Assembly: GCA_964483005.1 (NCBI GenBank)
Contig: CAYZZH010000001.1
Span: 23,370 to 87,369, forward strand
Direction: 5' to 3'
Source of the DNA: an uncultured Candidatus Saccharibacteria bacterium
GTDB lineage: Bacteria; Patescibacteriota; Saccharimonadia; Saccharimonadales; UBA4665
Length of the DNA stretch: 64,000 nucleotides
In this document: one piece after another, positions 36,050 to 43,420 of the stretch
Position numbering within the stretch: the first letter of the stretch is position 1
Layout of the letters: every line of letters starts with the position of its first letter
The notes under the pieces: generated by a model
Databases searched by the model: none
Seen by the model: the letters and a program-made list of their open reading frames with translations, nothing else
Told to the model about the DNA's origin: nothing
Position numbers and translations under genes: made by a program

Positions 36050-37171
36050 TCAAGTCGAGTGGTTTGTTAGGGCATGGGTGAGCTGGTGGCGCATGTGTTT
36101 GCGAAACTGGGTGTCGGAAAACTTTTGGGCGTAGGCGCGTATGGCAGCGCTGCTATAGGCACCACCGTCAAACCGCTTGAGCGCCAGCGCCAGCGACCGC
36201 GCCGTTTGCGTGTCAAAAAACTGGCCGGTAACCCCCGGCTTTATGTAGTCCAGCGCTCCACCAGACCGATAGGCGATCACCGGTGTCCCTGCCGCCATAG
36301 CCTCTAGCGCGGTTATCCCAAAATCGTCAAGCCCAGGGAAAAGCAACGCCTCTGCCCGCGCAAGTTCATCGGCCAGTACTGCGTCAGACACATTTCCTAA
36401 AAACGTCACCGATTTACCAGCAAGCTGTCGCAATCGTGCGTGGTCAGGCCCGGTGCCAACCACCGTCAGGGGTAGGCCCAGTTTGGTGCAGGCCACTACC
36501 GCCAGGTCAAACCGCTTGTAGGGCGTTTGTCGCCCGGCTATCACAAAACCCCGTCGCTTCACACTTTGCCCAGGTTTTTGCCCAAATCGATCAATGTAGA
36601 CCGGTGGAAAAACAACAGCCGCCTCTCGCCCGTAGTAGGTGCGTATTTCACGCTGCGTATGGCTCGAGTTGGCCAGCATAACGTGCGGTCGCTGGGCGGC
36701 CCGCTTGTCCCACGCCCGCAGTGGTCGCACGAGCAGCCACAGCCCAACTCGTGCCAGCGGATCGAGCAGCCCAAAACCCGGTCGTTTCATGTACTCGTCG
36801 TAGCGGCTCCAGTAGTAGTGGGTTGGGGCATGGCAATAGTTTACATGCAGCACACCGCGGGGCACTCGTACGCCCTTTGCCTCTGCGCCCGACGTAGAAA
36901 TGACCATGTCGTACCCACGCAGTTTCAGATGAGTAAACCACCATATACGCAAAATGGGGATGAGTTTGCGAACCTTACCGAGTGGCTGCAGCCAGCCGGT
37001 GCGAACCTTTCCGTCGAGCCGTTTGCGCCACTCACGGGTGGCGTACGAAGTGTAAATTGGCGCCTCAGGGAACATGCGGTGCAGCTGCTCGACAACCAGC
37101 TCTGCGCCACCCCCCACGAGCCAGTCGTGTACAATCGCCACCTTTACCGTCGGTTGCGTCGAGCGTTTCAC
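36050..37171 (-). CDS. Glycosyltransferase family 4
   Basis: 373 aa. LLFPGLDDFGITALEAMAAGTPVIAYRSGG. Confidence 0.8.
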   Translation of the reverse strand: MKRSTQPTVKVAIVHDWLVGGGAELVVEQLHRMFPEAPIYTSYATREWRKRLDGKVRTGWLQPLGKVRKLIPILRIWWFTHLKLRGYDMVISTSGAEAKGVRVPRGVLHVNYCHAPTHYYWSRYDEYMKRPGFGLLDPLARVGLWLLVRPLRAWDKRAAQRPHVMLANSSHTQREIRTYYGREAAVVFPPVYIDRFGQKPGQSVKRRGFVIAGRQTPYKRFDLAVVACTKLGLPLTVVGTGPDHARLRQLAGKSVTFLGNVSDAVLADELARAEALLFPGLDDFGITALEAMAAGTPVIAYRSGGALDYIKPGVTGQFFDTQTARSLALALKRFDGGAYSSAAIRAYAQKFSDTQFRKHMRHQLTHALTNHST

Positions 37172-38637
37172 TAGATGTATCTCGCTCCGTGGCGGGCCAG
37201 ACGCTCAAGTACCACGCGGACCGTTTTAAGCACAATAATCATGTCGAGCCCAAAGCTCCAGTTTTGCACGTAGTACAGGTCAAGTTTGCGTCGTTCTTCA
37301 AAACTCATAGTGTGCCGACCCGAAACCAGCGCCAGACCAGTTAGGCCAGACTTGACGCTTAGTATAAGGTTGCGTTTGTCGTAGCCCTGTATTTCGCCTA
37401 CGTCGAGTGCCCGCGGGCCGACCAGACTTATTTCGCCGTGCACGACATTCCACAGTTGCGGCAGTTCATCGAGGCTGGTGGCTCGCAGCAGTCGTCCGGC
37501 TCGGCTCACACGCGGGTCATGTGGGAGCTGGTCGCCGTTTGCCCGGTACTGTTTGCTTAGCTCGGGCTTGCCCATTTTGGCAAAACCTTGCTCGGGAGTC
37601 AGACCATTGTAGGCTTGTTTCATACTACGAAACTTGTAGACATGCACGGTGCTCCCAAAACGACTCATGCGCGCCGCTCGGTAAAACACTGGTCCTTTTG
37701 GGTCGGTTAGTTTAATAAGCAGCGCCGCAAAAACCCACAGCGGCAGGCTTAAAACCAACAAAACACTGCCGAGCACAATGTCTGACAGCCGTTTGAGTAT
37801 TCTCCCCCAGCCAAACAGCGCGGTGTGGTGCACATTTATAACCGGCACGGCACCGCGAAAAAGGTCTACGTCTATGTTGCCGACAAACAGCTCGCTGTTG
37901 CCCGGCACAAAACGGTAGCCAACATGATGCTCCTGTGCATAACTCAAAATCTCGGTGTTGCGCGTTTCGTCTGCGTACAGTTCTGTCTGAATAATACCGT
38001 GCAGGTTTTGCGGCCGACTCGCCAAAAAAGCCTGAAACGTCGGAAACGTCGTCGCAAACGCAGGCGCCGTTTTACGGTATCCGACCAACCCGAGCAGCTT
38101 ATACCCTGACTGCTTAGGGTTTTTAAGCGACTCTACCAGCTCTTTGGTAATCGGTGTGTTCCCTACTATGGCAATGCGCGTCAGTCCCACACCGTACGCA
38201 AACAGCGCCGTTCGAGCTATACGCAGCAGGTTGCGAAAAGACAGCAGCAGCACCCACGTAATCACAAACCCATACACCGGTACAAGTTTTGCCGGGAACA
38301 GCGCCTCGAGGCTCATGTAATCCCACGAAACCATAAAAAGCAGGCCAATAAACGAACCAGTTGCCAGACGCCCTGCTTCGGCAAAACGTCGTTCGTAAAT
38401 GTTGGTGTTGTACAGGCCCAGCAGGGCAAAAATTACCAGCCAAAAAGGGATAATGCTCACCAGCAGCACCGCGTATGTGTTCCATTCCATGGGGTGAGCA
38501 ACACTTACCGGGCTGGCAGCGCGTATCGCAAACGCAGCGATAAAGCCGCCCACCACCGCCAGCACATCGCCCACCACCAAAAAAAAGTTATAGGCCAGCG
38601 ACGCATTGTTCTTCATTGCTATACTGTATTGTACCAT
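37171..38637 (-). CDS. Polyprenyl-phosphate hexose-1-phosphate transferase (WbaP/CpsE-type initiating sugar transferase)
   Basis: 488 aa. N-terminal TM bundle. C-terminal [23 protein letters not shown]. Confidence 0.85.
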   Translation of the reverse strand: MVQYSIAMKNNASLAYNFFLVVGDVLAVVGGFIAAFAIRAASPVSVAHPMEWNTYAVLLVSIIPFWLVIFALLGLYNTNIYERRFAEAGRLATGSFIGLLFMVSWDYMSLEALFPAKLVPVYGFVITWVLLLSFRNLLRIARTALFAYGVGLTRIAIVGNTPITKELVESLKNPKQSGYKLLGLVGYRKTAPAFATTFPTFQAFLASRPQNLHGIIQTELYADETRNTEILSYAQEHHVGYRFVPGNSELFVGNIDVDLFRGAVPVINVHHTALFGWGRILKRLSDIVLGSVLLVLSLPLWVFAALLIKLTDPKGPVFYRAARMSRFGSTVHVYKFRSMKQAYNGLTPEQGFAKMGKPELSKQYRANGDQLPHDPRVSRAGRLLRATSLDELPQLWNVVHGEISLVGPRALDVGEIQGYDKRNLILSVKSGLTGLALVSGRHTMSFEERRKLDLYYVQNWSFGLDMIIVLKTVRVVLERLARHGARYI

Positions 38638-38662
38638 CTATGACAGACAAGAGAGCCAACAG

Positions 38663-38761
38663 CCCTGACTCACCTTCACTTTTTCGACGAAAGGGGCGTC
38701 TTGCAGGTGACCTTCGGTCGGCCTGTGGCGCTTGTTCGCCTCTTTCTTACAAAAAAGCGAG
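38663..38761 (+). repeat. Copy C2 (uninterrupted) of the ~95-nt structured intergenic repeat family
   Basis: CCCTGACTCACCTTCACTTTTTCGACGAAAGGGGCGTCTTGCAGGTGACCTTCGGTCGGCCTGTGGCGCTTGTTCGCCTCTTTCTTACAAAAAAGCGAG. Internal stems GAAAGGGGCG/CGCCTCTTTC and GGCG/CGCC. Confidence 0.65.
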
Positions 38762-38813
38762 TTCGGGTCAGGCTAAAAGCGACACAACAGTCAACAGCGC
38801 AGGCTCAAAGGCT

Positions 38814-40145
38814 ATGCCGGCAGAAAACCCCAGTCCACTCCACGGCGATCGTGTAGCGCAGTGGCTTGTGGCGGTGCTGCTGGCTGGCGTGCCGTTTCAC
38901 GCGTTTCTCACGGTGTGGGGAGCGTCGCTGGTCGGCCACTATACGGTGCTTAGGCTGTGGAGCGCCGGCCTACTTGGGCTTATTGTACTGCTGGCGGCGT
39001 ACCGGGTTGCCCGCGACAAAGCGGTGCGACGGGTAGTTACAGACGACTGGTTACTACGGGGGATTTTACTGTACGGCGTGTTTATGGTTCTTGTGGGTGT
39101 GCGAGCGCTGCTCGACGGCACAGTGACAGGCAAAGCGCTCGCCTACGGCCTGCTAAGCGATGGGCGCTATCTGGCCATGTTTGTAGCGGTCTACGTTTTG
39201 GCCCGGTCGAGTCGGTGGCTACACGGGCATTGGCGCGGCTTGGTGTTTGTCCCAGCCTGTGTCGTTGGGTTGTTTGCCTGTCTGCAGTACCTGGTGCTGC
39301 CAACCGATTTTTTGACGCACTTTGGCTACGGCCCCGCCACTATCAAGCCATTTGAAACCATCAACAGCAACGCCGCTTATCTTCGAGTTGCAAGCACGCT
39401 GCGAGGAGCAAATCCACTTGGCGCATACATGCTGGTGGTACTAAGTTTAGTGGTAGCGTTGTGGCTACGACGGGCGACGGCACGCTGGTGGTTGGCAGGC
39501 GTTGGTGTGCTGGGTACTGGAGCGTTGCTGTTTAGCTTTTCGCGGAGTGCGTGGGTGGGGGTGGCCATAGCCTGTGTCGTGCTTGTCTGGGCGGTTGCGA
39601 GAACTCGTGCGGCGCGGGTGCGCGTACTGCTAGTTTTAGCTGGGATGATGGTTCTGACAGGGGTGGCTTTTGTTTCGTTACGGCACGACCGCACCGTACA
39701 AAACGCCATTTTTCACACCGAAGATCGCTCAACGGTGGCCGTAAGTTCCAACGACCAACGGGCGCGGGTAATGACTCAGGCGCTGCGACAAGTCGCCGCT
39801 GAACCGTTTGGTCGTGGCCCCGGTACAGCTGGTCCAGCCAGTGTGTACAACACCCCGCACCCGCTACGTATTGCCGAAAACTACTACCTGCAAATTGCCC
39901 AGGAGGTTGGCTGGCTTGGACTACTGGTATTTGTTATCATCCAATGTACTGTACTGCTTCGGCTATGGTATTGTCGCCAGTCGCCGCTGGCACTTGGTCT
40001 TTTCGCTTCGGGTGTTGGTCTTGTAGCAGTCAACATGCTTTCCCATGCCTGGACAGATGACACACTAGCATTTCTATGGTGGGGCCTAGCCGCTCTGGCT
40101 ATTGCGTTAACCACTCAAAAATTCTCAGGCTTTTCACGTAAATAG
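38814..40145 (+). CDS. O-antigen ligase/polymerase-like (Wzy_C-domain) membrane protein
   Basis: Track ORF 38616..40145. ATG 38814 is preferred, because the upstream part overlaps the repeat. FSFSRSAWVGVAIACVVL motif. About 11 TM. Confidence 0.6.
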   Translation: MPAENPSPLHGDRVAQWLVAVLLAGVPFHAFLTVWGASLVGHYTVLRLWSAGLLGLIVLLAAYRVARDKAVRRVVTDDWLLRGILLYGVFMVLVGVRALLDGTVTGKALAYGLLSDGRYLAMFVAVYVLARSSRWLHGHWRGLVFVPACVVGLFACLQYLVLPTDFLTHFGYGPATIKPFETINSNAAYLRVASTLRGANPLGAYMLVVLSLVVALWLRRATARWWLAGVGVLGTGALLFSFSRSAWVGVAIACVVLVWAVARTRAARVRVLLVLAGMMVLTGVAFVSLRHDRTVQNAIFHTEDRSTVAVSSNDQRARVMTQALRQVAAEPFGRGPGTAGPASVYNTPHPLRIAENYYLQIAQEVGWLGLLVFVIIQCTVLLRLWYCRQSPLALGLFASGVGLVAVNMLSHAWTDDTLAFLWWGLAALAIALTTQKFSGFSRK

Positions 40146-40155
40146 CGCCAATGCT

Positions 40156-40569
40156 ATGATTAGTCATTTCCTAAAAACTAAAAACTACACGCTAAAAACT
40201 TTCGCCTTTTTCAATCTCGGAGGCATTGCGTTTTTCCTAAGCGGCTACGCTGTTTTTGGGCTCCTATACGGCGTGTTGCACTGGCACTGGCTGGTGGCAA
40301 AAGGTTTGGCCGATCTCGTCGGATGGTCGGTTAACTACCTCGTGCAGCACTATCTGGCATTTCATGACGCAGCTCGCAAGCAGGGGCATAAAAAAGTGCT
40401 CAAAAAGTTTGTGCCATTTAGCCTGCTCAACATCCCGCTCGACTACGCCATTGTGGGCGGTCTCAAGCTGCTCGGCGTTAGCCCACTCCTCGGCCTCTGG
40501 CTTTCGAGCCTCTTTTTTACCGTCTGGAAATGGCTCTGGTACAAACACTACATCTTCTGCAACAAATAA
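40156..40569 (+). CDS. GtrA-family membrane protein (second copy)
   Basis: 137 aa, 4 TM. FNLGGIAFFLSGYAVF...VNYLVQHYLAF. Confidence 0.6.
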   Translation: MISHFLKTKNYTLKTFAFFNLGGIAFFLSGYAVFGLLYGVLHWHWLVAKGLADLVGWSVNYLVQHYLAFHDAARKQGHKKVLKKFVPFSLLNIPLDYAIVGGLKLLGVSPLLGLWLSSLFFTVWKWLWYKHYIFCNK

Positions 40570-40584
40570 CTCACTTTGGGACCC

Positions 40585-40611
40585 ACTTTGGGAGGACAGT
40601 CCTCCCAAAGT
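40585..40611. terminator. Bidirectional intrinsic-terminator-like hairpin between convergent genes
   Basis: ACTTTGGGAGGAC a GTCCTCCCAAAGT, followed by agTTTTata. Preceded by the direct repeat CACTTTGGGA x2. Confidence 0.55.
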
Positions 40612-40693
40612 AGTTTTATATCGGTAAATAGCTATATTTTTACGCTTTTTTGCGCGTAAGCTACAGATACACTAATGTAAAAAACACAACTAT

Positions 40694-41543
40694 CTATCTT
40701 GTCAGGCAAATTGCTCCAAGGCAGCAGAGCAGGGCAGCGGCCACTTTGCGTGTGGCGTCGTGCCGCTCGTCGCGCAAAAAAGCAAAGGCCAGCAGTGTGG
40801 TAAAAATTGTCGCCGTCTGGCGCAGTGGTGCGACTAGGCTAAACGGCCCGTCGCGATACGCCAGCGTCATGGTAAAGCTGCCCAGGCCATACAGCAGAGC
40901 GGTCACGAGTAGCAGTGGAAGAGTGGCGGGCCGAAACACGGTGTGTAAGCGTTGCACACCGCGAGGCGACACCGCAAACGAGGCGAGTCCGCTTAGGGCA
41001 AAACTCACAAACGTCCAGGTCAGGACGTCTACGTGTCGCCCAACGTATGAGCTCGCCGTAACCGCTATGCCGTAAATAAAACCGGTAAGCAGGCTTAGCA
41101 CTAGTCCGCGGCTCGCGCGTATGTTGTCAAAACGCTTGACCAGCAGGGCAATACTGGCAAAAACCAGGGCGCTTCCCGCAATGTGGTTCACGCGCATTAG
41201 CTCACCCAACACCACCACGCCAAACAGGGCAACCCAGACCGCTTGGCTGGCAAAAATCACCGTAAACACACCTGCTTCTGTCTGTTTAAGTGCCTTGGCG
41301 TACACCACCGAACCCATGCCAAAACAGGCAACCGAAATGCTTACCGGTAACCACACAGCGCTGTAGCCACTAAAGTCTATGTCGTGCAGCAACGCTATAG
41401 GCAACAGCACTGCCGCGACCAGCAGCTGAAACCCGCCCGCAAACGCTCCGCTATCTGGCTTGCCGCGCTGTAAAAATCACTCGTTGCAGCAAAATAGCCA
41501 CCACAAAAAGTGCCACACAAAGGCTGGTATACACTTGCCACAT
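40694..41543 (-). pseudogene. EamA/DMT-family transporter, apparently split by a 1-nt frameshift
   Basis: The 238-aa ORF (40694..41410) has 8 TM and lacks the N-terminus. A 30-codon ORF (41451..41543, MWQVYTSLCVALFVVAILLQRVIFTARQAR) in another frame supplies a first TM. The frames overlap at 41454-41476, around a T5 run. Confidence 0.45.
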
Positions 41544-41596
41544 ATCCCAAGCATACCACTAAGAAACAGAATTTTGGTTTCCCGAGCGACGGTAGC

Positions 41597-42082
41597 CTAC
41601 CGAAACAAATCTCGGTTTTTGACTCCTTTGACGTCTTTGCGATGTCGACCAACGTAGTAGGCAACAATTCCCGAAGTGACAAACACCGCAACAAGTAGTG
41701 TCGCACCTACCACCGGCGCAAGCTCTAGCTCGGCACCTGCAATCGTGCCGTCAGCTAGGCGCTGCGTCTCTGTGTGCACCAGGCTATGCCCCTCAGTAAG
41801 CCAAAACACAGACTGAACAAGCGTGCCCAGCCAAAATGCCGCCATAATAATCGTGCCGTATATGGCCGAACGCGAAGCCCGCATAGTGCGCGGTGCGTCG
41901 GTGATAACAACGGCGCATATGGCCACGACTGCAAAAAACCACACTAGCCCAACGACGCTCGACTTTTGAGGTGTTGCCAGGTCTACCACCAACACGCTCG
42001 CAAGCGTCAGCAGCGCTACGGCTACTCCGCGCCATTTGCGCGACCGTACATCTTGTAAAATCGTTAAAAGCTGCTTTTTCAT
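41597..42082 (-). CDS. Hypothetical membrane protein (4 TM), co-directional with the PadR gene
   Basis: 161 aa. Overlaps the PadR stop by 4 nt. Confidence 0.45.
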   Translation of the reverse strand: MKKQLLTILQDVRSRKWRGVAVALLTLASVLVVDLATPQKSSVVGLVWFFAVVAICAVVITDAPRTMRASRSAIYGTIIMAAFWLGTLVQSVFWLTEGHSLVHTETQRLADGTIAGAELELAPVVGATLLVAVFVTSGIVAYYVGRHRKDVKGVKNRDLFR

Positions 42083-42360
42083 GCCAAAATCTCCTGTATT
42101 TGTGGGTTATTGATAAGCGCGCACATATTACGCGTAACAAAACGGTCGAGCAAACGCCGCCCAATTGTGCTCAAGGCATACAGCTTCGTGGCGGGTCCTT
42201 TGGGGTTGGGCTGGAGTGTGTAGTCAACCATTTCGGTGTCGTAGTAGCGCCGCAAAGAGCGGTACAGGCTCTTGTCGTCGGCGGTGAGCATTCCGCCAGT
42301 AGCTGTTTCTACATAGTTTTTAATGGCGGCCGTTGTTTTGGGGCTTTCCGCGAGAGCCAA
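42079..42360 (-). CDS. PadR-family transcriptional regulator (true start probably upstream, up to 42453)
   Basis: ...GMLTADDKSLYRSLRRYYDTEMVDYTLQPNPKGPATKLYALSTIGRRLL. The in-frame upstream sequence TDYETELLEAWEASYKQGQLTLWVFLALAE looks like the first PadR helices but has no ATG/GTG/TTG. Confidence 0.55.
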   Translation of the reverse strand: MALAESPKTTAAIKNYVETATGGMLTADDKSLYRSLRRYYDTEMVDYTLQPNPKGPATKLYALSTIGRRLLDRFVTRNMCALINNPQIQEILA

Positions 42361-42463
42361 AAAGACCCACAGCGTCAGCTGGCCTTGTTTGTACGATGCT
42401 TCCCACGCCTCAAGAAGCTCAGTCTCGTAGTCGGTGTTATTCGTAGGCGACTCCTATGTTAGG

Positions 42464-42498
42464 TAGTATACAGCCAGTATACTACAGCGTGTATACTA
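42464..42498. promoter_or_regulatory. Three GTATAC-centred dyad boxes in the PadR / LexA-like divergent promoter region
   Basis: TAGTATAC (42464-42471), AGTATACTA (42476-42484), GTATACTA (42491-42498). Confidence 0.45.
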
Positions 42499-42542
42499 CG
42501 TCAAGACTTTTCTTTTGGCGGGCAACAGAATATCATACAACC

Positions 42543-43061
42543 ATGAACGAAAAGCAAACACCCGCGCCGCCTCCTCCAAACTCCAAACTCCAAACTCCAA
42601 ACTCTCTTGCCGTACGGCCAACGAAAAAACAAAAAGAGCTACTCGGCTACATAGAGCAGTTTATTGCCGAGCACGGCTATAGCCCCAGCTACCGAGAGAT
42701 TATGCATGGGCTGCAATACACCTCTGTTGCTACGGTGGCTTTGCATGTCGGCAATCTTATCAAACGCGGGCACGTAATAAAGCGTGATCGTAGCGCGCGC
42801 TCGCTCGAAGTCGTCGCACCGACACTTTCCGCTCAAAAACCACTGCTGACAAACGAGGTAAAGCCTTCAGAGGAAAAATGGCTCACCGAGAAGGTCGAAA
42901 AGCTTTTTGCCGACGCCGAAGGGCAGGCCATGGCTACCGAAGCGCAACTCCAAGACCTCACCATTGTACTCGCCGCTCTGCGCGTCTTGGGCCTAGAGGC
43001 TGCCGCCCAAAGCTTTGCCGCTCGCCTCGCCACCCTCCGTACCTCCACCCCCAACCCTTAA
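42543..43061 (+). CDS. LexA-type winged-helix DNA-binding-domain protein lacking the S24 peptidase domain
   Basis: Track ORF 42456..43061. ATG 42543. KKQKELLGYIEQFIAEHGYSPSYREIMHGLQYTSVATVALHVGNLIKRGHV matches the LexA N-terminal domain. The C-terminal ~90 aa are helical, with no Ser/Lys dyad motif. Confidence 0.6.
   Translation: MNEKQTPAPPPPNSKLQTPNSLAVRPTKKQKELLGYIEQFIAEHGYSPSYREIMHGLQYTSVATVALHVGNLIKRGHVIKRDRSARSLEVVAPTLSAQKPLLTNEVKPSEEKWLTEKVEKLFADAEGQAMATEAQLQDLTIVLAALRVLGLEAAAQSFAARLATLRTSTPNP
42574..42601 (+). repeat. Tandem heptanucleotide repeat (CTCCAAA) x4 inside the 5' end of the LexA-like CDS
   Basis: Units at 42574-80, 81-87, 88-94 and 95-601, followed by a partial CTC. Confidence 0.9.
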
Positions 43062-43088
43062 CCCCAACTGACGCCAACCGGGACGCCA

Positions 43089-43130
43089 ACATTCTCACTT
43101 TTCTAACGGCCGTTAGAAAAGTGAGAATGT
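43089..43130. repeat. 42-bp perfect palindrome, family copy 1
   Basis: ACATTCTCACTTTTCTAACGG|CCGTTAGAAAAGTGAGAATGT. 28 nt after the LexA-like stop. Confidence 0.9.
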
Positions 43131-43363
43131 TTTGACAGAAGGCGGAGGACGAGAGGTGGCAAGCGGGAAGGCTACAAAAACGTAAAAATTACCATATCTA
43201 GTGTCGTAACGCTCGTGCTAGACTCTAGATAGTTTCTCAAAGTTTACAAACAAAATCGGAATGAGGTGTAATTCCTCAGCTGTGCCGCAACTGTAATGTG
43301 AAAGGATTATCCTCTCACAAAGCCAGACACGATTGTAAAGTCTTCCGAGCAGAAGCGAAGTAT

Positions 43364-43377
43364 GTCAACATGTTGAC
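43364..43377. promoter_or_regulatory. 14-bp perfect palindrome upstream of the 43421 gene (possible operator)
   Basis: GTCAACATGTTGAC. Confidence 0.3.
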
Positions 43378-43420
43378 GTAGCTGTACCTTTTTGCCCCCG
43401 GAAGCACCGAGGGTATTTTT

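Noticed and set aside
36527-37174. 215-aa plus-strand ORF (and several other ORFs at 36074-37344)
   Set aside because: These are antisense shadows of the GT4 gene in a GC-rich stretch.
38616-38813. N-terminal 66 codons of the track ORF 38616..40145
   Set aside because: This part overlaps the non-coding repeat copy C2, whose paralogues are clearly intergenic. The membrane-protein homology starts after ATG 38814.
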